Notes: generated by a model not told the origin, from the letters alone. Counted from the first letter of the stretch, positions 11,880 to 21,185 are shown. The stretch: DNA of 64,000 bases from Gemmatimonadota bacterium (GCA_040389905.1 JAZJZK010000012.1:197537-261536), one strand, 5' to 3'. Translations and numbers: made by a program.

Positions 11880-12678
11880 ACCGCTCGATGAGATCGACCG
11901 CGCGGAGGCGAGCGAGCGACGCGGGCTTCGTGCCGACAACGCGCTGTGCGGTGCTGCTCAAGTGCGAGGAGCTCGCAAAGTCCAGGATTTCGGCAACATC
12001 GCGCACGTCGTAACCGGGATTCTTTGCCAGCTCCGCGGCGGAGATCAGGCGCACGAGGTCGATGACGCGCTTGAGATTGGGTGCGCCCGCCGCTGCGAAG
12101 GTGCGGCTCAGGTGCTCGCGAGTGACGCCGATGGCGCTCGCCAACAGTTGGGTGCGCACAGGACGTCCCGACCACGCAACGATCCCGCGCCACGCGGCAC
12201 GCTGGAGCGGCGTCTCGAGCCCCAAGGCCTGCGGCGGCTCGGCAAGGGCGGTGTTGAAGCGCGTCGAAAAAGCATGACGGAACACCAGGTCGCGCATCAC
12301 GGCGTCGTCCACGGATTCCACGAGGACGTCCGCGAAATCGAGCGCGCCGCACTGTGCGACGGCGGGCGCTTCGACCGCGCGAAGGGCGGTCAGCCCGAAG
12401 AATGGAACACTCGGGAACTCGCGCGCAAAGGCGGCCGCACGCCACGTGTCCTCGTGTGCACCGGCAAGGTCCACGATGGCCGCGTCGACGAGCGACGCGC
12501 GCAAGCCAGCCTCCAGTTCCTCCGGGGTCTTCGCGAACACCAGGCGCGCGCGGCGGCGGGGAAATGCCGACCGCACGAGCGCGCGGGCGCGTTCGCGGTT
12601 CGCGAAGAGCAGCACGACGAGCGGTGGCACTACCGCACGCGGCGCGGCGGGCGCGCCGTTTCTGGCCGGCGTCGTCAT
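11848..12678 (-). CDS. AraC-type HTH regulator with receiver-like N-terminus
   Basis: LASAIGVTREHLSRTF and VRDVAEILDFASSSHLS dual HTH. Confidence 0.85.
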   Translation of the reverse strand: MTTPARNGAPAAPRAVVPPLVVLLFANRERARALVRSAFPRRRARLVFAKTPEELEAGLRASLVDAAIVDLAGAHEDTWRAAAFAREFPSVPFFGLTALRAVEAPAVAQCGALDFADVLVESVDDAVMRDLVFRHAFSTRFNTALAEPPQALGLETPLQRAAWRGIVAWSGRPVRTQLLASAIGVTREHLSRTFAAAGAPNLKRVIDLVRLISAAELAKNPGYDVRDVAEILDFASSSHLSSTAQRVVGTKPASLARLRAVDLIERFSRGHGRSRG

Positions 12679-13124
12679 TCGATCGGAAGCGGATTACCCG
12701 CGATCATCTCGTGCGCTCGACGCAGGACGATGCGGGCGTTCGCGTACGAAATTGCCGAGTTCGCGGCGTCGTAGCCGACCCATTGGCAGGCCGTGATTCC
12801 TTCCGTGCGCTGCGGCGAGGTCTGTGCCTCCTCGGTTTCCATCAGGAAGAAGTGACACACCTTGTGGATCAAACGGCCACGGAAGCGGAAGTACCAGTCG
12901 ATCGTCTCGATCGTGCCGCGAATGGCGACGTCGGCGATTCCCGTTTCTTCGCGGACTTCGCGAAGGGCCGCGTCTTCGGCGCGTTCGCCGCTTTCGAGAT
13001 GGCCTTTGGGAAAGCCCCAGTTCTGGTAGCTGTCGCGAATGAGCAGAAAGAGGGGCGCGCCCGCTTCCTGACGGTAGACGACGCCACCGGCGGAGGTTTC
13101 CTGCTGCGCGCGTGCCCGTGTCAC
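12675..13124 (-). CDS. NUDIX hydrolase (Ap4A hydrolase-like)
   Basis: SAGGVV, WGFPKGHLESGE..AALREVREETG Nudix box. Confidence 0.93.
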   Translation of the reverse strand: MTRARAQQETSAGGVVYRQEAGAPLFLLIRDSYQNWGFPKGHLESGERAEDAALREVREETGIADVAIRGTIETIDWYFRFRGRLIHKVCHFFLMETEEAQTSPQRTEGITACQWVGYDAANSAISYANARIVLRRAHEMIAGNPLPIE

Positions 13125-13136
13125 CGTTCGAGTCGC

Positions 13137-13907
13137 TCAGGCGGTCGCTGCGACGGCGCCGGGGACGCTGTCGTCATCGGCGGTCGGCCGACCTTCGATG
13201 AACTGGCGCACGATCGGATCGGTCGTGTTGTGGATTTCGTCGATGGTGCCCGTCCAGCGCACCTTGCCCTCGTAGAGCATCGCGATGCGCGTCCCCACGG
13301 TGTAGGCGCTCCGCATGTCGTGCGTGATGACGACGCCGGTGACGCGGAGTTTTTCGCGCATTCGGACCATGAGCTGGTCGATGACGGCACTCGTCACGGG
13401 GTCGAGCCCCGTCGTCGGTTCGTCATAGAGGATGTACTTGGGCCGGAGTGCGATGGCGCGAGCGATGCCGACACGCTTACGCATGCCACCCGACAGTTCC
13501 GCGGGGAATCGATCATTCACGCCCGGTAGGTCGACCAGATCGAGCGCCTCGTCGACCCGCTGCACGATTTCACGATCGTCGAGCTCACCCTGCTTCCGAA
13601 GACCCATCGCCACATTCTCTCCGATCGTGAAGGAGTCGAACAGCGCGGCGAACTGAAAGACATACCCGATCTTCGAGCGCAGCGCGTAGAGCTCGCGGCG
13701 TGGAAGATCGGGTACGTTCAGGCCGTCGACCCACACTTCGCCAGAATCGGGCTCCAACAGTCCGACGATGTGTTTGATGGCCACCGACTTCCCGGTTCCG
13801 GAATAGCCGATGATGACCATCGTCTCACCCTCGGGAACGTCGAGGGTGAAGCCATTCAGGACTTGCTTCGGGCCGAAGGCCTTGTGGACGTCCTTGAGCT
13901 GGATCAC
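13137..13907 (-). CDS. ABC transporter ATP-binding protein, MlaF/Mkl-like
   Basis: GYSGTGKS, FQFAALFDS, LSGGMRKRV, YDEPTTGLDP. Confidence 0.93.
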   Translation of the reverse strand: MIQLKDVHKAFGPKQVLNGFTLDVPEGETMVIIGYSGTGKSVAIKHIVGLLEPDSGEVWVDGLNVPDLPRRELYALRSKIGYVFQFAALFDSFTIGENVAMGLRKQGELDDREIVQRVDEALDLVDLPGVNDRFPAELSGGMRKRVGIARAIALRPKYILYDEPTTGLDPVTSAVIDQLMVRMREKLRVTGVVITHDMRSAYTVGTRIAMLYEGKVRWTGTIDEIHNTTDPIVRQFIEGRPTADDDSVPGAVAATA

Positions 13908-13913
13908 ACGTCA

Positions 13914-13950
13914 GGGGGACAGGGGACTAGGTGCTAGGTGCTAGGTGCTA
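13914..13950. repeat. 7-bp tandem repeat
   Basis: gggggac aggggac taggtgc taggtgc taggtgc ta. Confidence 0.8.
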
Positions 13951-14182
13951 CGAAGCAGGACTCGCGCCTGACAGCAGAAAAGTGATACGCGCGCGACGGC
14001 GCGACCAGTCCTTGCCAATCACGACGGAGGTCTACCTGCGTGACGGCGACGGGAGCGTAAGCATTCTCAGATTCGCTTGGGAACCCGCTGTTTGGTGTCC
14101 CTCTCATTGAGCACGAGCACAGAAGGATGGCTCACCGATCGCGCCACCTGCCCGTACCCTCCCATTCGTCCAGGACCACACC

Positions 14183-14818
14183 ATGAAGTTGCAAATCGCC
14201 GCTGCTGCTGTTCTCATCGCCAGCTCGATCCGGGCGGATGCGCAGGTTGTGCATACTTCGTCGTTCATCTCCGGCGGGTATTTCAATGATTTCGAGACGA
14301 TGCCGAATGCGATCCCGTCGTATACAGCGTACAGCAAAGGCGGCATCACAGCGATGTACATTGGCGTCGCGTCCGATGGGGTTCAGTCCACGTATCTCCA
14401 CAATGGCACGCGTGGCTGGTACCCCGGCGGCGATGTTCGCGGCTACACGAGCCTCACGCTGACCGGCGGAGGAACCTTCAGCGATGTCGAGTTCGCGGCG
14501 GGAGATGGATGGGGCGGCGGATCGTCATTGTTTTACCAGATGCTGCTGTCCGGGAACGTCGTCGCCACTGGATTGGCCACCAACCTGCCGGCCGGGCTTT
14601 CCACCGTAGGGTTCTCCGGCGTCACAATGGATGAGTTGCGCGTGCAGAGCGGCTTCATGACGCAATTCGCGCCCACGAATGACGAAGCGCTCGCCCTTGA
14701 CGATGTGCATATCGCCGGCGATTCCACACCGACGCCGGAGCCCGCGACCCTTGGATTGCTGTCGTTGGGTCTTGCGGCGGTGGCATTCACACGGAGGCAC
14801 AAGCGCACCACCAGATAA
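14183..14818 (+). CDS. PEP-CTERM sorting domain protein
   Basis: signal peptide; C-terminal TPEPATLGLLSLGLAAVAFTRRHKR. Confidence 0.92.
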   Translation: MKLQIAAAAVLIASSIRADAQVVHTSSFISGGYFNDFETMPNAIPSYTAYSKGGITAMYIGVASDGVQSTYLHNGTRGWYPGGDVRGYTSLTLTGGGTFSDVEFAAGDGWGGGSSLFYQMLLSGNVVATGLATNLPAGLSTVGFSGVTMDELRVQSGFMTQFAPTNDEALALDDVHIAGDSTPTPEPATLGLLSLGLAAVAFTRRHKRTTR

Positions 14819-14835
14819 CTCGCGGAACTATACGA

Positions 14836-14863
14836 AACGAGCGGCCCTCTCAGGCCGCTCGTT
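14836..14863. terminator. hairpin between convergent genes
   Basis: aacgagcggcc-N6-ggccgctcgtt perfect 11-bp stem. Confidence 0.7.
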
Positions 14864-14885
14864 CGCTTGAATCGACTTCGTCTTC

Positions 14886-15779
14886 TTACGCCGCGAAGCT
14901 TCCGAGGGCACGTCCGACGTCGCCTTCACGAAGGCGCTTGAGCGCACGGTCGCGCAGCTGGCGGACTCGCTCACGAGTGACGCCGAGCATGCTGCCGATT
15001 TCCTCGAGCGTGTGTTCGCGTCCGCCTTCGAGACCGAAGTAGAGACGCAGCACCTTCGCGTCGCGCGGCGGCAACGTGGAGAGCGCCTGTTCGATCTCAT
15101 CGGTGAGGAAGCGGTTCATTGCCTCTTCTTCCGTGTCCGGCATCTCGTCCGCGACGAAGCGCTCGATGAGTGAGCGATCGCCTTCGGGATCCATCGGCGC
15201 GTCGAGGCGCACGTCGCTCGTATTGAGCGCCGCGAGCGACTGCACGACATCGACCGACAGGCCCGTGAGAATGCTGAGCTCTTCCGGGCTCGGCTCACGG
15301 TTGAGCTTCTGCCGGAGGATTTCGCTCGCCTTGATGATGCGCGAGAGATCCGCGGTGCGGTTGAGGGGAACGCGCACGGTGCGGCCCTGACGCGCGAGCG
15401 CGGACAGGATGGCCTGCCGAATCCACCACACGGCGTACGAGATGAACTTCACGCCCTGGTCCGGATCGAATTTCCGGGCAGCCGTGAGGAGACCGACGTT
15501 GCCTTCACCGATGAGATCGATGAGGGGGAGTCCGCGGTTCTGGTATTTCTTGGCGACGGAGATGACGAAGCGCAGGTTGCGCTTCACGAGCTCCTGAAGC
15601 GCGTCCTGATCGCCCGCGCGAATTTTCTTCGCGAGGTCGATTTCCTCCGTCCCCTTGAGGAGGGGATACGTGGAGACTTCGTAGAGATACTGGTCCAGGA
15701 TATCGCGCTCTGGTTCGTTGGGCGCGATGCCCGCGGGCGCCGCGCGACGACGGCGAACCGGCTTTTTGACTTCGGTCAT
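14886..15779 (-). CDS. RNA polymerase sigma70 factor (RpoD/RpoS-like, no region 1.1)
   Basis: NLRFVISVAKKY, DLIGEGNVGL, KFISYAVWWIRQ, TLEEIG..GVTRERVRQ. Confidence 0.95.
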   Translation of the reverse strand: MTEVKKPVRRRRAAPAGIAPNEPERDILDQYLYEVSTYPLLKGTEEIDLAKKIRAGDQDALQELVKRNLRFVISVAKKYQNRGLPLIDLIGEGNVGLLTAARKFDPDQGVKFISYAVWWIRQAILSALARQGRTVRVPLNRTADLSRIIKASEILRQKLNREPSPEELSILTGLSVDVVQSLAALNTSDVRLDAPMDPEGDRSLIERFVADEMPDTEEEAMNRFLTDEIEQALSTLPPRDAKVLRLYFGLEGGREHTLEEIGSMLGVTRERVRQLRDRALKRLREGDVGRALGSFAA

Positions 15780-16029
15780 GATTGCCTCGTACAGGTCCTA
15801 CGCGTGAGAGTAGGCATCTATGAGCTGCGACAGCCGGACTGTTGCCACCGAATTCCGAAACGAGTACGGGTCGAACGGCGTCGCTGAGCTACGTAAAGAA
15901 AGTTGTATCGCTGGTGACAGGATGCGGTAACCAAAATCACTCTCACTGGCGCATTTTTGCACTCGGAGGACAAACGATCCGAGGTTGGTGCAAATTACCG
16001 GCCTACTGGGATTCCGCTAGGGCCGTTTG

Positions 16030-16058
16030 TTGACATCACATATACCCGCGGCTATATA
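16030..16058 (+). promoter_or_regulatory. sigma70 promoter upstream of tRNA cluster
   Basis: TTGACA-17 bp-TATATA. Confidence 0.7.
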
Positions 16059-16148
16059 TGGTGGTTCCTGCGGGAACGTGTGTTTGGACAATGAGTTAGC
16101 TCTCCTGCGGGGTTTTTTCGGACGTTTTGACGAGTAGATTGCTGGCCC

Positions 16149-16221
<73 letters not shown>

Positions 16222-16240
16222 CTGGGCGAGAAAGAGAAGT

Positions 16241-16313
16241 GCGGGAATAGCTCAGTTGGTAGAGCACAACCTTGCCAAGGTTGGGGTCGCGGGTTCGAGT
16301 CCCGTTTCCCGCT
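16241..16313 (+). tRNA. tRNA-Gly(GCC)
   Basis: GCGGGAATAGCTCAG...GGTTCGAGTCCCGTTTCCCGCT, anticodon GCC. Confidence 0.97.
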
Positions 16314-16328
16314 CTGGAATAGCAGGAT

Positions 16329-16402
16329 GGGCGGTTAGCTCAGTTGGTTAGAGCGCCACGTTGACATCGTGGAGGTCACAAGTTCGAGTCTTGTACCGCT
16401 CA
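16329..16402 (+). tRNA. tRNA-Val(GAC)
   Basis: anticodon arm ccacg-ttGACat-cgtgg. Confidence 0.96.
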
Positions 16403-16410
16403 TTTAGGTT

Positions 16411-16441
16411 GCCCTCGGCCTTGTGCCGAGGGTTTTGTTTT
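16411..16441 (+). terminator. intrinsic terminator after tRNA-Val
   Basis: ccctcggc-cttgt-gccgaggg followed by TTTTGTTTT. Confidence 0.85.
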
Positions 16442-16583
16442 CTGGTCGTTGAATGGATGTTTTGCAGCGCACGAATCATGCTCACCTGAGGGCTGCGCGG
16501 GTTGACTGGCGATGTGGTGGGGCGTATTTTTCCGGTCTGCATTCGATGGACGTTGGTGAATGCAGGCCGTCGTAATTCTTTGC

Positions 16584-16657
16584 GCGCTTGTAGCTCAATT
16601 GGATAGAGCATCTGACTACGGATCAGAAGGTTGGGGATTCGAGTTCCTCCAGGCGCA
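16584..16657 (+). tRNA. tRNA-Arg(ACG), copy 1
   Basis: anticodon arm tctga-ctACGga-tcaga. Confidence 0.96.
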
Positions 16658-16679
16658 TGGGCGGTACGGAGTTGTTCGG

Positions 16680-16756
16680 CGGGGCGTAGCGTAGCCCGGT
16701 AGCGCGCCTGCTTCGGGAGCAGGAGGTCGCTGGTTCAAATCCAGTCGCCCCGACCA
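16680..16756 (+). tRNA. tRNA-Pro(CGG), copy 1
   Basis: anticodon arm cctgc-ttCGGga-gcagg; encoded CCA. Confidence 0.96.
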
Positions 16757-16782
16757 TTGTAAGTACAGTAGTAGTAATAGGT

Positions 16783-16823
16783 TGAGAAACCCCCTGTCTG
16801 CCAAAGCGACAGGGGGTTTCTCA
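16783..16823 (+). terminator. terminator hairpin after tRNA-Pro copy 1
   Basis: 16-bp perfect stem tgagaaaccccctgtc/gacagggggtttctca. Confidence 0.8.
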
Positions 16824-16966
16824 GTTGCATATTTTCGCGTTGCTCGGACGGGCACTAGCAAGGCACTCTAGTGTATTGCTGGCGGCGGCATTTCTTTTCG
16901 ATAAGTTTCTCGACCTTGCGCTGAACCTGATGAGTCTTTCGATCCCGACATCCGACGCTATACACA

Positions 16967-17695
16967 ATGCCCTGGATCGCCCAACATCTGCGCCTGACGG
17001 CGTTTTACGAGCCTGATGCGTCGCGCGAGGAGCTTCCGAAGTGGGCGAGTCTCACTGGAAGCGATCCCGAGAACGAAGCGAGATCGGGTAATCTCGCGCA
17101 GGCCGATGGCTCCTACGCCAGCGGCCGCTTGGCACTTGGAACGGTCGCGACTGAGCGAGCGGACCTATTGTACGGACCAGCAATAGCCACGCTCCAACAA
17201 GAAGCCGACTATCCGCCGAGCATTGGAAGTTTTGATACCGCTATTCAACCGTTCAATACTGTGGCCCGCCGATTTCTACAATCGCCGGCAAAGGTCCTGC
17301 GGATTGCATTCGGCGTGTCCTTGCTGTCACCAACTTCTGACCGCGACGCAAGCTACGCCGAGGTCGTGCGTCTGATTCGGACCGTCGCGTTTGACTTGTC
17401 AGGTGCGCGAGACTTCACGTATCAAATCAACAGACCAAGACGATCACTAACTGTCGAAGGACTTGAAATAAATCGCCTTGCAAAGTGGGCCGCCGTACGA
17501 ATTTCGGTGATGACCACCGATGTCGTGAACGGCGTGTCGACGCGGACGCCAGAGAGTCACGGTGTCCGTCTCGAACTCGACATCAACACTGACGCCAATA
17601 GGACTGATCCCCTTTCTCACGATCACCTTTCAAGTCTTTTCGATGAACTCACAGGACTCGCTCCCGAGATTCGCGATCATGGAGACATTCCGTGA
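16967..17695 (+). CDS. hypothetical protein, TIGR04255-like
   Basis: RIAFG, DFTYQINRPR, LELDINT motifs; first of three GTGA-overlapping genes. Confidence 0.65.
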   Translation: MPWIAQHLRLTAFYEPDASREELPKWASLTGSDPENEARSGNLAQADGSYASGRLALGTVATERADLLYGPAIATLQQEADYPPSIGSFDTAIQPFNTVARRFLQSPAKVLRIAFGVSLLSPTSDRDASYAEVVRLIRTVAFDLSGARDFTYQINRPRRSLTVEGLEINRLAKWAAVRISVMTTDVVNGVSTRTPESHGVRLELDINTDANRTDPLSHDHLSSLFDELTGLAPEIRDHGDIP

Positions 17696-18558
17696 GGACG
17701 GTGCGCAGACCGTACATTCATCCAATGAGTCACTACCCTAATAGTGGGAACTGGGGCGGGTTATGTATCGAACCGGCAGATCGCGACTCCACTTCCTTGG
17801 TTACTGACGCGTCGTGGACGACCATCGCGGGTGGGACGGCTCATCCAAAAAGCGCCGACGTCGGCTTGCTCTACGCCGACAACTGGAGCGAGCACAGAAA
17901 CTGGGCTACTGACGTACTTCCTCAGTGCCAGACACACCGGCGGGGACGGGTTGCTTCCACGTGGGCGGCAGCAGCATTTGCAGTGTCAACGAGCAGCGCT
18001 GACTTCTCGCTTATTCAGAATCGCACAGATCCCTCAGAGGCTTGGTATGGGTTCTCGTCCGGCACCAGCTGCCGTGCGGTAGACCTCACCGAGAGTTCGA
18101 CGCTCTTGCTGGCACGTTTTGCGACCCCGTCCGAAATCTCGAAAGAACTTTCGGTGATGGTCGCGCGGTCGCAATTCGATGACTTTGAGTTTGGTGTTGA
18201 AAGCAGATTCGAGCGGACCTTCAGCGAGTTTCTTCGGCGCTATGGAGTGGTAGCTCAAGATGCTTCCGTTCGATGGATCGCCGCGAACGCGGACAAGAAC
18301 AGCCCGGTCGCCGTACGCATGGTCCTGGTCTTGGGTGGGGAACGGGAAGGGGTGTCGTCCGAAGGGCGTTACCACCTGCTCACGTGGCTCCTCCAGAGTT
18401 CCTCCGCTGCCGTTCGCGATGCCGCGGCAAGAACCCTTTTCCGCGTACCGGACCCGCGAGTGCGCGAGGCTCTCAAAACGGCCGCTGAACAAGAAAGCAA
18501 TTCGCGCGTCAAGCGCTTTATCTCACAATTGGCGGATCGGATCACGGCCGACCTGTGA
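17692..18558 (+). CDS. hypothetical protein with C-terminal HEAT-like repeats
   Basis: Ser/Thr-rich N-half; DFEFG; LQSSSAAVRDAAARTL...ALKTAAEQE. Confidence 0.6.
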   Translation: MRTVRRPYIHPMSHYPNSGNWGGLCIEPADRDSTSLVTDASWTTIAGGTAHPKSADVGLLYADNWSEHRNWATDVLPQCQTHRRGRVASTWAAAAFAVSTSSADFSLIQNRTDPSEAWYGFSSGTSCRAVDLTESSTLLLARFATPSEISKELSVMVARSQFDDFEFGVESRFERTFSEFLRRYGVVAQDASVRWIAANADKNSPVAVRMVLVLGGEREGVSSEGRYHLLTWLLQSSSAAVRDAAARTLFRVPDPRVREALKTAAEQESNSRVKRFISQLADRITADL

Positions 18559-19058
18559 CGCTCTATTTTCGGCGCATTGAGCCGGAGTACTGGCTAGATG
18601 ATCCCCCGGCTTGGCTCGACCCTGATGACGTTGAAGGTCGCCAGATTTCGGACCTCAGTTATCGTATGAAAACAAATACGATCTCGGTCTACGCGCTTCC
18701 CGACGCAGGCGCATCAACGCTTACGCGCGTCTGCGCCGCAATGGTAGCAACAAGACAACGAGTTGAAGATATTACCTACTTTGTCTTCGATGATGCGCTG
18801 TTGCAACGCGCTTCGGTACAGATCGATAAGACGGTAGGTGCAACGGGCGACCCGGCAGTCGATGAGTGGCACCGAGACCTTGTGAGAATCGCCGGTACTT
18901 CGTTAGTCCGCCTCGCGCGGGAGTTGCGGAACTGTGATGCGTTGCGCACCCTCAAAGAGGATATTGAGTCTGAGCTGGTCTTCGCACTCGGAACGGAGAA
19001 ACGATATCCGCATCCGCCTCAAATCGCCGCGCACCTTAGGAAGAAAGCACTAATCTGA
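18555..19058 (+). CDS. putative ADP-ribosyltransferase-fold toxin (CmdT-like)
   Basis: N-terminal FRRI, NTISVY, GATG..VDEWHRDL pattern. Confidence 0.5.
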   Translation: MTLYFRRIEPEYWLDDPPAWLDPDDVEGRQISDLSYRMKTNTISVYALPDAGASTLTRVCAAMVATRQRVEDITYFVFDDALLQRASVQIDKTVGATGDPAVDEWHRDLVRIAGTSLVRLARELRNCDALRTLKEDIESELVFALGTEKRYPHPPQIAAHLRKKALI

Positions 19059-19162
19059 ACGACGTACCTTCGGCGAAGTTTGATTCGCGGTCGGGACTAT
19101 AAATTTCCTCACGCCGCGTCAATCGATGACGTTGTCTCGTGCGGGCCGTCGTAATTCTTTGC

Positions 19163-19236
19163 GCGCTTGTAGCTCAATTGGATAGAGCATCTGACTACGG
19201 ATCAGAAGGTTGGGGATTCGAGTTCCTCCAGGCGCA
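19163..19236 (+). tRNA. tRNA-Arg(ACG), copy 2
   Basis: same sequence as 16584-16657, offset 2579 bp. Confidence 0.96.
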
Positions 19237-19258
19237 TGGGCGGTACGGAGTTGTTCGG

Positions 19259-19335
19259 CGGGGCGTAGCGTAGCCCGGTAGCGCGCCTGCTTCGGGAGCA
19301 GGAGGTCGCCGGTTCAAATCCGGCCGCCCCGACCA
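19259..19335 (+). tRNA. tRNA-Pro(CGG), copy 2
   Basis: as copy 1 except T-stem gccgg/ccggc instead of gctgg/ccagt. Confidence 0.96.
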
Positions 19336-19340
19336 TTGTT

Positions 19341-19387
19341 GAGACCCCTTGTGCACGAGGCTTACCCCTCGAGGCACAAGGGGTTTT
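19341..19387 (+). terminator. hairpin after tRNA-Pro copy 2
   Basis: accccttgtgc...gcacaaggggt followed by TTT. Confidence 0.7.
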
Positions 19388-19416
19388 GTCTTTGTACCCC
19401 GCCGGCGCGTAATCGG

Positions 19417-19499
19417 TTGTGGCCCCCAAAAAACCGTCCGGGGCCACAACGGGGCCACAAGAACGACTTCCCTTGTGGCCCCGACCTCCGGGGGCACGA
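19417..19499. repeat. GGGGCCACAA repeats, candidate integrase arm-type sites
   Basis: reverse copy 19417-19426, direct copies 19440-19449 and 19451-19460, reverse copy 19473-19482, degenerate copy 19490-19499. Confidence 0.7.
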
Positions 19500-19513
19500 C
19501 AGTACCCTCATAG

Positions 19514-19900
19514 TTGGTCGAACGCAAGCCCACTAGGCGTTACATGCGAGGTGTGCCTCGACGAACTCCTCGCCCTGCCCCACCCGATACCCCGACGTCT
19601 ACCGCTCGGGTGAGCAGCCTGCCAGCGCGCGCCGAGACAGCGTCGACGAGAGGCAGTTCCAAACGCGCCGAGCATGATCGGGTGGTCCTAGGGGCAGTGC
19701 TGCGGTCCTTTCGCGAGTCCCGGGAACTCACGCAGGAGCGGCTGGCTTTCGCCGCCAAGCTCACCAAGAACTACGTGAGCGACGTGGAAGGCGCGCGACG
19801 AAATCCAACAATGCGCGTTGTTACTCAACTACTCGACGCCCTGGGAGTTAGCTGGGATGACTTCGGGCGAGCGTACGAAAAGGCGCGCGGGCCGGTGTGA
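19514..19900 (+). CDS. XRE-family HTH regulator (start uncertain)
   Basis: LTQERLAFAAKLTKNYVSDVEGARRNPT. Confidence 0.85.
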   Translation: MVERKPTRRYMRGVPRRTPRPAPPDTPTSTARVSSLPARAETASTRGSSKRAEHDRVVLGAVLRSFRESRELTQERLAFAAKLTKNYVSDVEGARRNPTMRVVTQLLDALGVSWDDFGRAYEKARGPV

Positions 19901-19965
19901 CGGCGATGCGTGATTACGCGTGACGCATGCGAATGGCCGGGACAGGGACTCCGTCGCGGGACACG

Positions 19966-20814
19966 TCACTCGTCCTCGTCGTCGTCCAGCGCTCTCGCCC
20001 AGATGAGAGAAAGCACCTGAGACTGAGACGGAATCGCGCACGCGCTCTCGAACGTTTCAATGCCGTCAAACGATTGGTACGGTCGGGGTTCAAGCCATTC
20101 GGCAGTCGTGACGCGTTCGGCGTTTTGCGTTGGTGATTCCCCGCGGTAGATGGCTGCCGCGACCGAGTTCCGTCCAACGGCTTGTCCGCGCTCCGGAATC
20201 CAGAAAGCCATCGTGTCCGATTTGGCCACCCATTCCACGGCTCCTGCTCTTGACATCACGAGAGCGCATTGCTCGCGGGTCGTTTGAATCAGGCGCCAAG
20301 CCGCCGCCGTGCGCGACACTTGGTACATCTCAGCGGCAGCCAGGAAGTCGACGGTTTCGAAGCTGATTGGTCGATGCTTAGCGTCCGCCGAAAAAAGTGC
20401 GCGGGGCATAAGCAGCTCCGCGGCAAAATCATTGGCCTCCCACTCGAGCTTTTTGCTGTCCGTCGACCGCGCGCGAAGGTCTGCATCCGCGCACGCCAGC
20501 GCTGGACCAGCGTCCGCATGCGAGGGGATGAAATAATGCCCGATCTCGTGCGCGAGAGAAAAACGACGCCGTTCCGGTGACTGGTTGGCAGCCATCATGA
20601 TGCCGCCGCCACCGCCTCTCAGCCGAAGGAGAACGGCCGCGTACCCGGGGTCGTCCGACCGGGAAGTGACGACCTCCAAATCCGCTTCTTCCAGGATTCC
20701 ATCGAGATTGCACGCGCGCGTCTCGAGGAGGTCTCGCGACCGTCGGAAGAGCTGCGCGATCTCGCGGCCACGCGTGCTCGGACTCGTTGACTTTGCAGCC
20801 AATCGACCGGTCAT
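19966..20814 (-). CDS. ImmA/IrrE-family metallopeptidase (CapP-like)
   Basis: RFSLAHEIGH, EWEANDFAAELLMP, YQVSRTAAAWRL, C-terminal extension. Confidence 0.9.
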   Translation of the reverse strand: MTGRLAAKSTSPSTRGREIAQLFRRSRDLLETRACNLDGILEEADLEVVTSRSDDPGYAAVLLRLRGGGGGIMMAANQSPERRRFSLAHEIGHYFIPSHADAGPALACADADLRARSTDSKKLEWEANDFAAELLMPRALFSADAKHRPISFETVDFLAAAEMYQVSRTAAAWRLIQTTREQCALVMSRAGAVEWVAKSDTMAFWIPERGQAVGRNSVAAAIYRGESPTQNAERVTTAEWLEPRPYQSFDGIETFESACAIPSQSQVLSLIWARALDDDEDE

Positions 20815-20817
20815 TGG

Positions 20818-21150
20818 CTACTTGGAATCTCGACCCTTCGTCGCACTCTTCGCGCGAAGGTAGTCAGCGAACTGCTCGAGCTCGCGCTTGGCCTTCTCAT
20901 CCAAGCCGCGGTACTGCCGAAATAGCGCGTGTTCGCTCTCCGTCAGCCCCTCTACTTCGCCTCCAACGAGGTATGCGGGCGTGAGATGCATCGCTTCAGC
21001 GAGCTGACGAATCGTTTCGTACGAGGGGTTGCGATCTCCCGCTTCGATCTGCGAAATCGCGGACTGCGACAACCCCACCGCTCTCGCTAACGACGACTGT
21101 GTGAAGCCGGAATCCTCGCGTACCCGTGCGAGTCGCTTCCCAAATCCCAT
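20818..21150 (-). CDS. XRE-family HTH repressor (CapH/ImmR-like)
   Basis: GGAG RBS before ATG 21150; FTQSSLARAVGLSQSAISQIEAGDRNPS. Confidence 0.9.
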   Translation of the reverse strand: MGFGKRLARVREDSGFTQSSLARAVGLSQSAISQIEAGDRNPSYETIRQLAEAMHLTPAYLVGGEVEGLTESEHALFRQYRGLDEKAKRELEQFADYLRAKSATKGRDSK

Positions 21151-21185
21151 GGTTTCTCCAGGAGAAGTTCCTACGTCGAATACGG

